DNA from: an uncultured Alphaproteobacteria bacterium
Lineage (GTDB): Bacteria > Pseudomonadota > Alphaproteobacteria > Sphingomonadales > Sphingomonadaceae
Reading direction: 5' to 3'
DNA length: 64,000 nucleotides
Assembly (NCBI GenBank): GCA_963765945.1
Contig: CAVXYS010000013.1
Coordinates: 60,939 to 124,938 of the forward strand
Positions 9,839 to 19,472 of this stretch are shown here, piece by piece (the stretch's first letter is position 1; every line of letters starts with the position of its first letter). The position numbers and the translations under genes are program-made. The notes below the pieces were generated by a model that made no database searches, was not told the origin of the DNA, and saw nothing but the letters and a program-made list of their open reading frames with translations.

Positions 9839-12444
9839 ATGAACGACCGCACGTTCCGCTGCAGCTCCTGCTCGGGCTACTCGCATCCACAGCGCTCGCA
9901 ACGCCGGCATTTGCACAAACTCCGGCCAGCGCACCGCGAACGGCGCCGGCGCCGCCGCCTGCCGCCGAGGGCGTTGACCAGACCGAGATCATCATCACCG
10001 CGACCAAGCGCGAGGAGAATCTCCAGAACGTCCCGATCAGCGTCCAGGCGATCGGCACCAAGCGGCTCGACCAGCTCAACATCTCCAACTTCGAGCAGTA
10101 CACCAAGCAGCTGCCGTCGGTCAGCTTCCAGTCGGCCCAGCCGGGCGTCACCGTGGTCTACATGCGCGGCGTCGCGACCGGCGGCGACGGCAACCACTCG
10201 GGCTCGCTGCCGTCGGTCGGCTCCTATCTCGACGAGCAGCCGGTGACGACCATCGGCGGGACGCTCGACGTCCACATCTACGACATCGCCCGGATCGAGA
10301 GCCTCGCCGGACCGCAGGGCACGCTCTACGGCGCCTCGAGCGAAGCGGGCACGATCCGCATCATCACCAACAAGCCCGAGCTCGGGGTCACCACCGGCCG
10401 CGTCGACGCCGAGGTCAACAGCGTCGCCCACGGCGGCGACATCGGCGGCAAGCTCGAGGGCATGATCAACATCCCGGTCGCCGACCGGATCGCGTTGCGC
10501 GGAGTCGCCTTCTGGCAGCACGACGCCGGCTACATCGACAACATCCACGGCGAGCGGACCTATTACATCTTCAGACGACAGCGATGCTGCCCGACGTGAC
10601 GGTCACCAACACCGGGCTGGAGAAGAAGAATTTCAACGACCTGACGACCTACGGCGGCCGCGCCGCGCTCAAGGTCGACCTCAACGACAATTGGACCGCG
10701 ACTCCGACCTTCATGTACCAGCACATGAAGGCCAACGGCGTCTTCTTCTTCGATCCCAATCTCGGCAACGGTGCGTACAAGATCGACCGCTTCCGCGACG
10801 ACGTGCGCAAGGACAAGTTCTGGCAGGCGGCGCTGACCGTCCAGGGCAAGATCGCCAATTTCGACGTGACCTATGCCGGCGCCTACATGGACCGGACGAC
10901 CTTCACGCTCAGCGATTACGCCGATTATGCCGACGCCTACGACCAGCTGTACGCAGCCTACGGCGGCCTCGCTTATTTCTATTACCAGGACAGCCGCGGG
11001 CAATTTCATCAACCCGCAGCAGTTCATCATCGGCACCGACCATTTCAAGAAGATGAGCCAGGAACTGCGCTTCGCCTCCCCGTCGGACAAGCCGTTCCGG
11101 GTGATCGCCGGCCTGTTCTACCAGCGCCAGACGAACCTGATTCACCAGGACTATAAGATCGACAACCTCGATCCGTTGCTGTCGGTCAACGGCTTGCCGG
11201 GAACGCTGTGGCTGACCCAGCAGCATCGCGTCGACAAGGACTATGCCGCGTTCGGCGAAGCGAGCTTCGACGTCACGCCGCAGATCACGCTGACCGCCGG
11301 CGGCCGCTGGTACAAGTTCGACAACAGCCTGATCGGCTTCTTCGGCTTCGGCCGGAACCCGGGCGACGGCGGCCAGGGGCCATTCTCGGCCTTTCCGCGC
11401 AATGCCGCGGGCAGCAACCGGACCGGCGTCGCGGCCTGCTGGACGGCGAGCGGCGCAGCGGCTCTACGACCGCGACACCGACACGTACGCGACCGACCGG
11501 ACCCTATTGCCGCCCGAGGTTGCGGGCGGTCCGTGCACCAACCTCGGTGATTTCGTGAACGGTCACGTGGTGCCCAAGCGGGTCAAGGACAGCGGCTTCA
11601 TCCATCGCCTGAACGCGACCTGGAAACCGCACGACGGGCTGATGTTCTACGCGACCTGGTCGCGCGGCTTCCGGCCGGGCGGAATCAACCGCCGCGGCGA
11701 CATTCCGCCCTACGACGCCGACTTCCTGACCAATTACGAGCTCGGGTGGAAGACGACGTTCGGCCCGGTGCGGTGGAACGGCGCGGTCTATCACCAGCGT
11801 TGGAAGGCGTTCCAGTTCAGCTTCCTCGGCCAGAACAGCTTCACCGAGATCCACAACGGGCAGGACGCGAACATCAACGGCATCGAGACGGATGTCGAAT
11901 TACGTCAGCGGCGGCCTGACCCTGAATGCGGCGGCCGCTTACACCGACGCCAAGACCAAGGGGAATATCTGCGGCGTGGTCGAGGATACGACGTCGGACT
12001 GCAGCCTGAGCTTCGTCTCGGTGCCGAAGGGGACGCCGGTTGCCGGTCACGCCCAAGTTCAAGGGCTCGGCGACGGCGCGCTACAGCTTGCCGGCGTTCG
12101 GCGACGTCAAGGCGCACGTGCAGGGCGGAATCGCCTACAAGGGCTCGGCGAAGTCGTCGCTGCGCACCCTGACGCCGCTCTCGGGCGTCGGCTTCGACTG
12201 CACTTCGCTCGGATTTGCGACTTGCGATCCCAACCTCTGGCAAGGCAAGATCCGCTCCTCGACCGTGGTCGACTTCTTCGCCGGGCTCGACTGGCCGAAA
12301 TGGAACGTCGAGGCGTTCGTGACCAACATCTTCGACAGCCGCGACGAGCTGTCACGCGGGGTCAACTGCGGCAGTTGCACGCGCGTGCTGGTCGTTCCCG
12401 GGCGGCCGCGGACGATCGGCATCCGGACGGGCGTTAAGTTCTAG
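9839..12444 (+). CDS. TonB-dependent outer-membrane receptor (several frameshifts)
   Basis: Signal peptide, EIIITATKREENLQNVP, plug motif RIESLAGPQGTLYGAS, GFRPGG, C-terminal F. Confidence 0.95.
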
Positions 12445-12509
12445 CGATCCGCCCGGCGGAGCTGCGCTTCGGCGCGGCGATCGTCGCGCTTGCGGCGCTG
12501 TGGCTGGCG

Positions 12510-13052
12510 ATGCTGACGCTCGGCGGCGGGCCGCTCGACCGGGCGATCTACGAGGCGCTCTATGCCGGGCACCGGCCGGCGCTGGCGGTGCTCGCGCACG
12601 CTTTGACGGCGCTTGGCGACCCGACCGTGCTGATCGCCGCGGGCATCGTCTGCGCGCTGGGGCTGTGGATCGCGGGGCATCGTCATTTGCCGCTGGTGCT
12701 GGTCGCGATCGTCGGGCTCGGACGGGCGCTCAGCGAGCTTCAGAAATATTGGGTCGCGCGGGTCCGGCCGGACCTCGAGCCGCATCTGGTGGTGGTCAGG
12801 ACCTCGTCCTTCCCGAGCGGGCATGCGGCGAGCTCGATGATCTTCTATCTGGCGCTGGCGCTGGCGCTGACGGCCAAGACGCGCTGGCAGCGGCCGGCGG
12901 CGGCGGGCGCGATCCTGCTGTCGCTGGCGATCGGCACCAGCCGGGTGATGCTCGGGGTGCACTGGCCGAGCGACGTGATCGGCGGGTGGGCGTTCGGGCT
13001 GCTGTGGGTGCTGCTTACGCTGCGGCTCGCGCAGCGCCTGTTTCCGGCCTAA
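12510..13052 (+). CDS. PAP2-family membrane phosphatase
   Basis: K...RVRP, SFPSGH, SRVMLGVHWPSDV; the frame is open back to about 12445, so the true start may be earlier. Confidence 0.92.
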   Translation: MLTLGGGPLDRAIYEALYAGHRPALAVLAHALTALGDPTVLIAAGIVCALGLWIAGHRHLPLVLVAIVGLGRALSELQKYWVARVRPDLEPHLVVVRTSSFPSGHAASSMIFYLALALALTAKTRWQRPAAAGAILLSLAIGTSRVMLGVHWPSDVIGGWAFGLLWVLLTLRLAQRLFPA

Positions 13053-13080
13053 TGTGCCGCGCCTGATGAGGGGAGCAGCA

Positions 13081-13272
13081 ATGGGAAAACGACCGATCAC
13101 GATGATCGCCGCGATCATTTTCGCGGTGATGACCCTGGCGCACATCTACCGGCTCGTCGACTCACTTCCAGATCATCGTCGGGAGCCACGTCATCCCGGA
13201 GTCGGCGAGCTATGCGGCGATCGTCATCACCGGCGCCCTGGCGATCGGGCTGTTCCGCGAAGCCGGGCGTTG
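13081..13272 (+). CDS. Small two-TM membrane protein (frameshift near 13160)
   Basis: MGKRPITMIAAIIFAVMTLAHIYRL...IVGSHVIPESASYAAIVITGALAIGLFRE. Confidence 0.65.
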
Positions 13273-13321
13273 AAGCGGAGCGGCAGGACGTACGCCGGTC
13301 CTGCCGGCCCTGCGCCTCGAC

Positions 13322-13939
13322 TCACTCGCTGACCGGGTTGAGCGCCGGACCGTCGTCAATCATGACCGAGCAATGGACCTCGGCCGCACTCGCGCCCCTG
13401 CGCCAACTGATATAGCCGCGCTGGAAGTTGCTGCGGCGACCGGTGCCATAATCATATTCGTCAGTGGTCGGGTAACCGCACCGGCTGTTGGCCCGCTCGC
13501 GTCCCGCCGCGACCCAGGCGTTGCGGATGAAGCCGTAAACGACGTGGGTGCCGGCTTGCGGATGCCAGGTGATGGTCGCGTTGTTTTCGAAGTCGTTGTA
13601 GCGCCCGCCGTTACCACCGGGCAGCTCGTCGGTCAGCGGGTAGCCGAAACCGCGCTCGCGGCCGAGCGCGTTCCACTTTTCCCCGATCAGGCCGTACACC
13701 GCGTGCGCGCCGACGTTCGGATGCCAATAGATAAACCCGCTTTGGAAGGCATTGAACCGGCCGCCGTTGGCGGCATCCGCCTCGCTGCTGAGCGCCGGAC
13801 CAAGCGTGCCCGTGGGGCCGCCGAGTTCAATCCACTTCTTTCCGATCTCGCCATAAACGGCATAGTTTTGGGCTGAAGCACTTGTTGCAAAAACGGAGAC
13901 AGTTGCAAGTGCCGCGAAAATAGTATGGCGCAAAGTCAT
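13322..13939 (-). CDS. Secreted LGFP-repeat protein
   Basis: Signal peptide ending ASA; three ~53-aa repeats (G.I..KW..LG...G.LGYP.TDE....GR...F..G.I.W); SD GAGGAG. Confidence 0.88.
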   Translation of the reverse strand: MTLRHTIFAALATVSVFATSASAQNYAVYGEIGKKWIELGGPTGTLGPALSSEADAANGGRFNAFQSGFIYWHPNVGAHAVYGLIGEKWNALGRERGFGYPLTDELPGGNGGRYNDFENNATITWHPQAGTHVVYGFIRNAWVAAGRERANSRCGYPTTDEYDYGTGRRSNFQRGYISWRRGASAAEVHCSVMIDDGPALNPVSE

Positions 13940-13972
13940 TTCGACTCACTCCTCTGATGAGCCGGAGTAAGC

Positions 13973-13987
13973 TTAATTACAGATTAA
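13973..13987. promoter_or_regulatory. CtrA-type full site TTAA-N7-TTAA
   Basis: TTAA TTACAGA TTAA, 34 bp upstream of the LGFP gene start. Confidence 0.5.
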
Positions 13988-14005
13988 GTCGATGATCGCT
14001 AAAAA

Positions 14006-15106
14006 TTAAATATTGAAGCGAAACAACAGGACGTCGCCGTCCTGTACGACATAGTCTTTTCCTTCCGAGCGCATCTTTCCGGCGTCCTTGGCGCCGGCTT
14101 CGCCGCCGAATTTGACGAAGTCGTCATAGGCGATGGTCTCGGCGCGGATGAAGCCGCGCTCGAAATCGGTGTGGATCTCGCCGGCCGCCTCGGGCGCCCG
14201 AGCGCCGCGATGCACGGTCCAGGCGCGCGCTTCCTTGGGCCCGGCGGTGAAGAAAGTGATCAGGCCGAGCAGTTCGTAGCCGGCCAGGATCATCCGGGCG
14301 AGGCCGGTCTCGTGGAGGCCGAGGTCGGCCAGGAAGGCGTCGCGCTCGTCGGCGGGGAGGGTGGCGATCTCGGCCTCGATCGCGGCGGAAATGACCACCG
14401 CCCTGGCATTCTCCGCCGCGGCCCGGGCGAACACGCGCTCGGAGAGGGCGTTGCCGGCGGCGGCGTCGGCTTCGTCGACGTTGCACACGTAGAGCACCGG
14501 CTTGGCGGTCAGCAGCTGCGCGCGCTGCAGCGCTTTTTCCTCCTCATGGTCCCTGGGCTTGACCAGCCGCGCCGGCTTCGACGCCCGGAGCAGGTCGAGC
14601 GCCTGGCCGAGCACGCTCGCCTCGATCTTCGCCTCCTTGTCGCCCTGCTGCGCCTTCTTGACCAGGTTGGGGACGCGCCGCTCGAGCGATTCGAGGTCGG
14701 CGAGCATCAGCTCGGTCTCGACGACGTCCGCGTCGGCGATCGGGTCGACCCGGCCCTCGACATGGGTCACGTCGCCGCCCTCGAAGCAGCGCAGCACGTG
14801 GACGATCGCGTCGACCTCGCGGATGTTGGCGAGGAACTGGTTGCCGAGGCCCTCGCCCTTGGACGCGCCGCGAACCAAGCCGGCGATGTCGACGAACTCG
14901 ATCTGGGTCTCGATCTCCTGCGCCGACTTGGCGATCTCGCGGATCCGGTCGAGGCGCGGGTCGGGGACCGCGACGCGGCCGACGTTGGGCTCGATCGTGC
15001 AGAACGGATAATTCGCCGCCTGCGCCGCGGCGGTCTCGGTCAAGGCATTGAAAAGCGTCGATTTGCCGACGTTCGGCAGGCCGACGATGCCGCAGCGGAA
15101 GCCCAT
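14006..15106 (-). CDS. ychF: Ribosome-binding ATPase YchF
   Basis: GIVGLPNVGKST, ANYPFCTIEPN, DIAGLV, IHTDFERGFIRAE. Confidence 0.98.
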   Translation of the reverse strand: MGFRCGIVGLPNVGKSTLFNALTETAAAQAANYPFCTIEPNVGRVAVPDPRLDRIREIAKSAQEIETQIEFVDIAGLVRGASKGEGLGNQFLANIREVDAIVHVLRCFEGGDVTHVEGRVDPIADADVVETELMLADLESLERRVPNLVKKAQQGDKEAKIEASVLGQALDLLRASKPARLVKPRDHEEEKALQRAQLLTAKPVLYVCNVDEADAAAGNALSERVFARAAAENARAVVISAAIEAEIATLPADERDAFLADLGLHETGLARMILAGYELLGLITFFTAGPKEARAWTVHRGARAPEAAGEIHTDFERGFIRAETIAYDDFVKFGGEAGAKDAGKMRSEGKDYVVQDGDVLLFRFNI

Positions 15107-15129
15107 ATGTTCTCCAATTGGAAAAGCGT

Positions 15130-15212
15130 CGTCACGGCCTCGAGCCGGGATCCGCCTGTTTTTCGAACGCCGCTAGAAGGAAGGCAGGCCCCGGATCAAG
15201 TCCGGGGTGACG
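15130..15212. repeat. CGTC-ended palindromic repeat
   Basis: CGTCAC...CCGGGATCC...CCCCGGATCAAGTCCGGGGTGACG. Confidence 0.8.
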
Positions 15213-15215
15213 AAA

Positions 15216-15796
15216 TCAGGCGAAGTTGAAGCTGAAATGCTCAGCCGCTCGCCGCGGCCGGTGCCGGGGAGCACTTCGTGGCGCAGCCAGCTTTCCCACA
15301 GCAGCAGCAGGCCGGGGCGGGGCGCGACGGTGACGAAACTGTCGTCGCGCGGCGGGGCGGCCATCATCAGCGGCAGGCGCGGGTCCTCGAAGCGGATCGC
15401 GCCCGGGCCCGCGGGCACGGCGACGTAAAAAGTGCCGGAAATGATGCTGTGCGGGTGGATATGCCCACTGTGCTGCCCACCGGATTTCAACAGGTTCGCC
15501 CACAGGCTGTCGAGCCTGGGCTTGCGGCCGAGGTCGAAGCGCGCATTCTTCGGCGAAGGTCGCGGCGTGGCGGGTCAGCGAGCTTCGCCAGGTCGCGCGA
15601 ACGCCGGGTCGCGCTTGGGCAGGTCGTTCAAGGAGGCGTAGCTGGTGTAGCCGGCGTAGCGATGCTCCTTGACCAACGCCGCCCGGCTTCGTCGTCGCGC
15701 GCCAGCGAGCGGATCGAGTGCGCGAGGTCGTCCAAGCAGGCGCTCGTCGCCGATCTCGGCTTCGTAGAGCTGGGTGGCGAAGAGCGAGCGGGTCAT
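15216..15796 (-). CDS. TIGR02466-like putative 2OG-Fe(II) oxygenase (frameshifted)
   Basis: RSLFAT, YAGYTSYASL, HSGHIHPHSIISGTFYV, FEDPR, WESWLRHEV, RLSISFN. Confidence 0.85.
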
Positions 15797-16375
15797 TCGC
15801 CCTGCTGCAGCCGCAGCGCGACTTCGCTCATGAAGCGGGCGTCGTCGCCGTCGGCGAGCCAGTCGGCCTCGGCGGCGATCGCGGCGAGGACGTCGGACAA
15901 AGGCTCCATCTCGGCCTTCGAATAATTGCCGAGGACGTGGGGGGTGACGAGGTCCTTGCGGCCGGGACCGGGGTGGCCGATGCCGATGCGCACGCGGCGG
16001 AAATCGGGGCCGAACACGGCGTCGATCGAGCGCAGGCCGTTATGGCCGGCGAGCCCGCCGCCGACCCGGACCTTGACCTTGAACGGGGCGAGGTCGAGCT
16101 CGTCGTGGAACACGGTCAAAGCATCCAAATCGAGCTTGTAGAAATTGAGCGCCTGCTGAACCGCGTCGCCGCTGTCGTTCATATAGGTCTGGGGCTTGAG
16201 CAGCAGCACGCGCTGGCGGCCGACGCGGCCTTCGGCGACGAGGCTGCGGAATTTCTTCGACCACGGGCGCGAAATCGTGGACCTCGGCGATGATGTCGGC
16301 CGCCATGAAGCCGACATTGTGCCGGTGCAGCGCATATTTGGTGCCCGGATTGCCGAGGCCGACCCAGAGTTGCAT
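15793..16375 (-). CDS. pth: Peptidyl-tRNA hydrolase (one frameshift)
   Basis: VGLGNPG..Y...[27 protein letters not shown]. Confidence 0.96.
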
Positions 16376-16382
16376 CGAGGAT

Positions 16383-16522
16383 GTTCCTCCCCATCGCAGA
16401 TGGGGAGGGGACCCATCCGGAGGATGGGGGAGGGGTAACTGGCGCGGCGCCTTCTACCCCTCCACCATTCCCTCTGCGGGGAATGGTTCCCCTCCCCACG
16501 AGCTTCGCTCGCAGGGAGGAAC
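16383..16522. repeat. Composite palindromic repeat, family A copy 2
   Basis: Terminal GTTCCTCCC/GGGAGGAAC, four hairpins; fills the rplY-pth gap. Confidence 0.9.
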
Positions 16523-17210
16523 TATTCCTCCGTCTTCTCGCCCTCGGCGGCGGCTTCGCCGCCTTCGCCTTCGGCTTCCTCGCCCTCGACGGTCGGGACC
16601 TCGCCGCGCGGCCGCGCTCTTCCTCTTCCTCGGCCTTCATCGCCGACGGGGAGACGATCGTCGCCACGGTAAAGTCCTCTTCGTCGTTCGCACGGGACGA
16701 CGCCGTCGGGCAGCTTGACGTCGCTAATGTGGATCGAATCGCCGATCTCGAGGCCGGTCGAGGTCGATATGGATTTCGTTCGGGATATGCGCCGCATCGC
16801 ACATCGATCTCGAGCTCGTGCTGGACGACGTTGAGCACGCCGCCGCGCTTGAGGCCCGGCGATTCCTCGTCATTGTCGAAGCGCACCGGCACCGCGACAT
16901 GGACCTTGGTGTGCTCGCCGATGCGCAGGAAATCGACGTGGATCGGCCGGCTCGACACCGGGTGGAAATCGACCGCCTTGGGCAGGGTGCGGTGCGGCTT
17001 GCCCTCGAAGTCGATCATCACGACCGTGTTCATGAAGTGGCCGGTCGAAAGCATTTTCGACAGGAGCTTCTCCTCGACGTGGATCGACAAAGGCTCCTTC
17101 TTTTCGCCGTAGACCACGGCGGGCACCCGGCCATCGCGGCGCAATGCCCGGGAGGCTCCCTTGCCAGCCCGGTCGCGCGCTTCGGCGGGCAGCGTCAGCT
17201 GTTCGCTCAT
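16522..17210 (-). CDS. rplY: 50S ribosomal protein L25/Ctc (frameshifted)
   Basis: [40 protein letters not shown], acidic tail. Confidence 0.96.
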
Positions 17211-17235
17211 TTCTTGCGTTCTCCAATAAAAAAGA

Positions 17236-17270
17236 CCCCGCCACGCCTCCAGGGATGACCATGGCCGGGG
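17236..17270 (-). promoter_or_regulatory. Stem-loop in the rplY leader
   Basis: CCCCGGCCATG...CGTGGCGGGG followed by a T-run just before the SD. Confidence 0.45.
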
Positions 17271-17314
17271 AAGGGCGCGCCTATAGGGGAGGGAAGGGCG
17301 TTTGCAACCTTCTC

Positions 17315-17391
17315 CGTCATTCCCGGAAAGCGGCAATCCGCTTTTCTGCCGGTCGTGTTTGAAGGCACGGACTCCGCTTCGCGAGGGTGCG
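17315..17391. repeat. Degenerate CGTC-ended palindromic repeat
   Basis: CGTCATTCCCGGAAAGCGGCAATCC left arm; decayed right arm. Confidence 0.55.
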
Positions 17392-17398
17392 GGATGCG

Positions 17399-18209
17399 CT
17401 AATTCAGCCGCGACGAGGGGATGCCGAGCTCGGCGAGGCGGACGAGGAGGCTGTCCTTGCCGGCGAGATGGCCGGCGCCGACCGCGACAAACACAACGCC
17501 GGGCGTTTGCATGCGCGCCGGCGATCCAGTCGGCCCAGCGTGCGTTGCGCTCGGTAAACATCATCCGATAGGTGTCGGGCGAGCTCTTCTCGAGCTGGCC
17601 GAGCATGTTCACGAACACGCTCTGGTCGCCGCGCTTCCACGCCGACTGCATGTCGGCCATCACCCGGGAATGATGTCCGTCGATCGGCCCCTCGACCGGC
17701 TCGCCGGCCTTGGGCCGCGGCGCGGCCGTGGCCGCCGGCATCCGGTTGAACATGTTGAGCTGGAGCTCGAGCGTCTCGAGGCCCTCGACCGGCTTGCCCT
17801 GCACCTCGGCGACGTGGCGCAGCACATTGTCGGCGCCGTTGCCGACCTGCATGCCCTGCGACTTGCCGGCGCTGATCGCCATGCGCGTCGTCGCGAGGAA
17901 GGAGGCGGACGGAGTAACCGGAAGCGCCCGGCCGTTCGCGGCCGGCTTGAAGCGGATCGGGCCGTCCGGGATCACGGTCTCGAGGACCAGCTCGCTCGCT
18001 GTCGTCGAACGCGCTCTTGACCCGGTCGCGGAACCATTCGGTGCGACCGTCGAGGGCGTGGAAGGTGCCGAAGATGTAGACGATGGTGTCGGCGTCGCGG
18101 ACCACGAACATCGCCGGGCTGGCGTCCGCCGCGGGCGGCTGCGGCAACGCCTGCGCGTTGGGCAGCGACGCGGCGATCGCGGCAGCAAGCAGGACAGTCG
18201 ATCATCCAC
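17399..18209 (-). CDS. TraB/GumN-family protein, paralog 2 (frameshifted)
   Basis: [31 protein letters not shown]. Confidence 0.85.
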
Positions 18210-18444
18210 AGCCTCCTACACGGTGGCCCGGCCGAGGATGAGCGGTGGAAGAGAGGTTCGGCAGTCGCGGCCCGGGCGCATCCGGCCCGTGGCGGCAATG
18301 CCGCGCCCCCCTCAAACCCGCATCGTGCCCCCCAGCCCGATACCCGGCGATTATGGTCACCGAGACGTTAACAAAAGTCTAGCGGAAACCGCTGTTTCGT
18401 TAAAAATTCTCGTTTCGGATCAACAACAAGGTCCGGGGACCGGA

Positions 18445-19352
18445 TCACTGGACGCGGCGCACCTTGAACCCGTCGCGCTGGAGCAGGTCGACCACCGAAC
18501 CCGGGGCCGGCGAGATGGCCGGCGCCGACCGCGATCATCACCGCCCCGGGCTTGGTCATGCGCTGCTCGATCCACTTGCTCCAATTGGCGTTGCGGCTGC
18601 TTGATCAGCGCATTCATCAGCTCGGGCGAGCCGGCGAGGTCGCGGTTGAAGCTGCGGGCGATCGCCGCGACGTCGCCCTTGGTCCAGCTGCTCAGCATCT
18701 TGCCGAACTCCTTGCTGGTGTCGCCGGGGGCTTCGATCGCGCCTTCGAGCAGCTGGCGCTGGGCGTGTTCGGGCAATGCGTCGAAAAAGCCGAGTTGCTC
18801 GGCATTGGTCTCGAGCTCGCCGATCGGCTTGCCATCGCTCGAGAACGAGCTGCGCAGCACCGCCTCGACTCCTTCGCCGCCCTTGAGGCCGAGGTCGCGA
18901 TACTGGTTGCCGAGCAGCATGAAGGCCGCGGCCCAGGTCTCCATCCGGTCGAACGCGGCCGGCGGGATCGCGCTCTTCTTGATCGCCGCGGCGAGCGCGG
19001 CGCGCTTGGCCGGCGGGACCCGCTCGGTGATCGGCGGCAGGCCCGGGGTGATCGCCAGCTTGGCCAGGATCGACATCAGCTGCGCCGGATTTTTGTCGTC
19101 GATGATCGTCTCGACCACCAGCTCGTTCGAGCCCTTGACCGCGGCGTCGAACTTCTCGGTCCGCCAGCTCGTCTTCTCGGGGAGCAGATGGATGGTGCCG
19201 AACAGATAGACGGTGGTGTCGGCATCGGACACGCTCCACAGCGCCGGCCCGGCCTTGGCCTCGGCCGCCTGGGGCAGCAGCGCCGCCGCCGCGGTCGCGG
19301 CCGCGCCGAGGCCGATCGCGAGCTTCCTGATCCATCGTTGCAGCATGTTCAT
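18445..19352 (-). CDS. TraB/GumN-family protein, paralog 1 (frameshifted)
   Basis: GPALW..SDADTTVYLFGTIHLL, LET...QL, IAVGAGHL. Confidence 0.88.
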
Positions 19353-19472
19353 CCCGTCCGTTTCGCCTGAAGTGAGGGCTTGATGTAGGAAGCAAAGGCT
19401 GAACGTCCACTTGCCGCGCAACTTTGCATCCGCCAAAGCCGCAGCCATGCCGACCACGATGGGGGCCGCCGC

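Noticed and set aside
12510-13052. PAP2 enzyme as the PAP-removing partner of the sulfotransferase
   Set aside because: Name coincidence: PAP2 enzymes act on lipid phosphates, while 3'-phosphoadenosine 5'-phosphate is removed by CysQ-type enzymes.
16179-18209. Apparent TraB-L25 fusion (676 aa); likewise CpaC-CpaD (899 aa), GcvT-GcvH and Fba-ThiE fusions in the ORF track
   Set aside because: Produced by frameshifts that bypass the real stops; each gene has its own start and SD.
18410-18447. Possible further CGTC-type repeat remnant (GGATC...GTCCGGGGAC)
   Set aside because: Too short and degenerate to support.
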